DNA of 24,000 nt from Pontiella desulfatans. Its GTDB lineage: Bacteria > Verrucomicrobiota > Kiritimatiellia > Kiritimatiellales > Pontiellaceae. The notes below the pieces were generated by a model that saw only the letters and a list, made by a program, of their open reading frames with translations, searched no databases and was not told the origin of the DNA. Position 1 is the first letter of the stretch. Each line of letters opens with the position of its first letter. Shown in pieces: positions 23,835-24,000 of this stretch. The translations under genes were made by a program, and so were the position numbers. The stretch covers positions 218,798-242,797 of the forward strand of contig NZ_CAAHFG010000004.1 of the NCBI RefSeq assembly GCF_900890425.1. Reading direction: 5' to 3'.

Positions 23835-24000
23835 AAACGAACACCGCAACTGCCTGCTCTGCGGCGATCTTAATCCGCGGTCGCTCGGCCTCCGGTTCGA
23901 GCCCCATGGAGACGATGGCGTTCGTGCGGAATTCCAGGGGCACGAGGATTTGCAGGGCTACGACGGTATCCTGCACGGCGGAATCATTGCCTCGTTGCTG
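23827..24000 (+). CDS. PaaI/4HBT-type hotdog-fold thioesterase, 5' part (continues beyond the window)
   Basis: CLLCGDLNPRSLGLRF...LQGYDGILHGGIIASLL matches the PaaI-family N-terminus. It overlaps the upstream gene by 8 nt. The frame is open to the window end. Confidence 0.6.
   Translation, partial: MPENEHRNCLLCGDLNPRSLGLRFEPHGDDGVRAEFQGHEDLQGYDGILHGGIIASLL

Noticed and set aside
1-24000. Defence island, mobile element, CRISPR, retron, toxin-antitoxin or prophage signatures
   Set aside because: I found no direct-repeat arrays, integrase, transposase, recombinase or nuclease-like ORFs, terminal inverted repeats or tRNA attachment sites when reading both strands. The only compositional anomaly (9100-13400) lacks mobility genes.

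Overview
GC-rich bacterial chromosomal window. Spot counts of 60-nt lines give about 58-65% GC, falling to about 42-50% across roughly 9100-13400. I can support about 23 protein genes. By eye I found no rRNA, tRNA, CRISPR array, transposase or integrase.

Block 1 (1-4601) holds the 3' part of a TonB-dependent-receptor-like barrel, an RdgC-like gene, a bidirectional terminator, and a minus-strand plsY abutting a GNAT/class-V aminotransferase fusion.

Block 2 (4684-16480) is the most unusual part. A perfect sigma54 promoter drives a minus-strand operon: FadL/TodX-like outer-membrane channel, then a receiver-kinase hybrid whose DHp helix has no histidine, then a VAO/PCMH-type flavoprotein, then a B12-binding radical SAM enzyme. 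It diverges from a plus-strand operon joined by 4-nt start/stop overlaps: an orphan FabF-like ketosynthase with a Cys-His-Asn triad, a polytopic-membrane GAF-PAS histidine kinase, a paralogous cytoplasmic kinase with a degenerate receiver, and a 70-aa stand-alone Fis-type HTH. A 16-bp TGT-N10-ACA palindrome lies between the two operons. I read this as a candidate uncharacterised system that makes or senses a hydrophobic or lipid-derived molecule. That reading is inference.

Block 3 (16488-24000) holds usp, bioB, and a PAS (4-Cys)-AAA+ sigma54 activator whose HTH is split off by a 1-nt frameshift. These are followed by a 44-bp perfect palindrome, inverted repeats and a second perfect sigma54 promoter. 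That promoter sits 15 nt from a tightly packed cluster of two NifX-like genes, DUF5320, DUF89, two MinD-like ATPases with ferredoxin inserts, a NifU-like gene and a thioesterase. This recurrent anaerobe cluster has no established function.

All family assignments come from motif recognition in the supplied translations. No database search was run.
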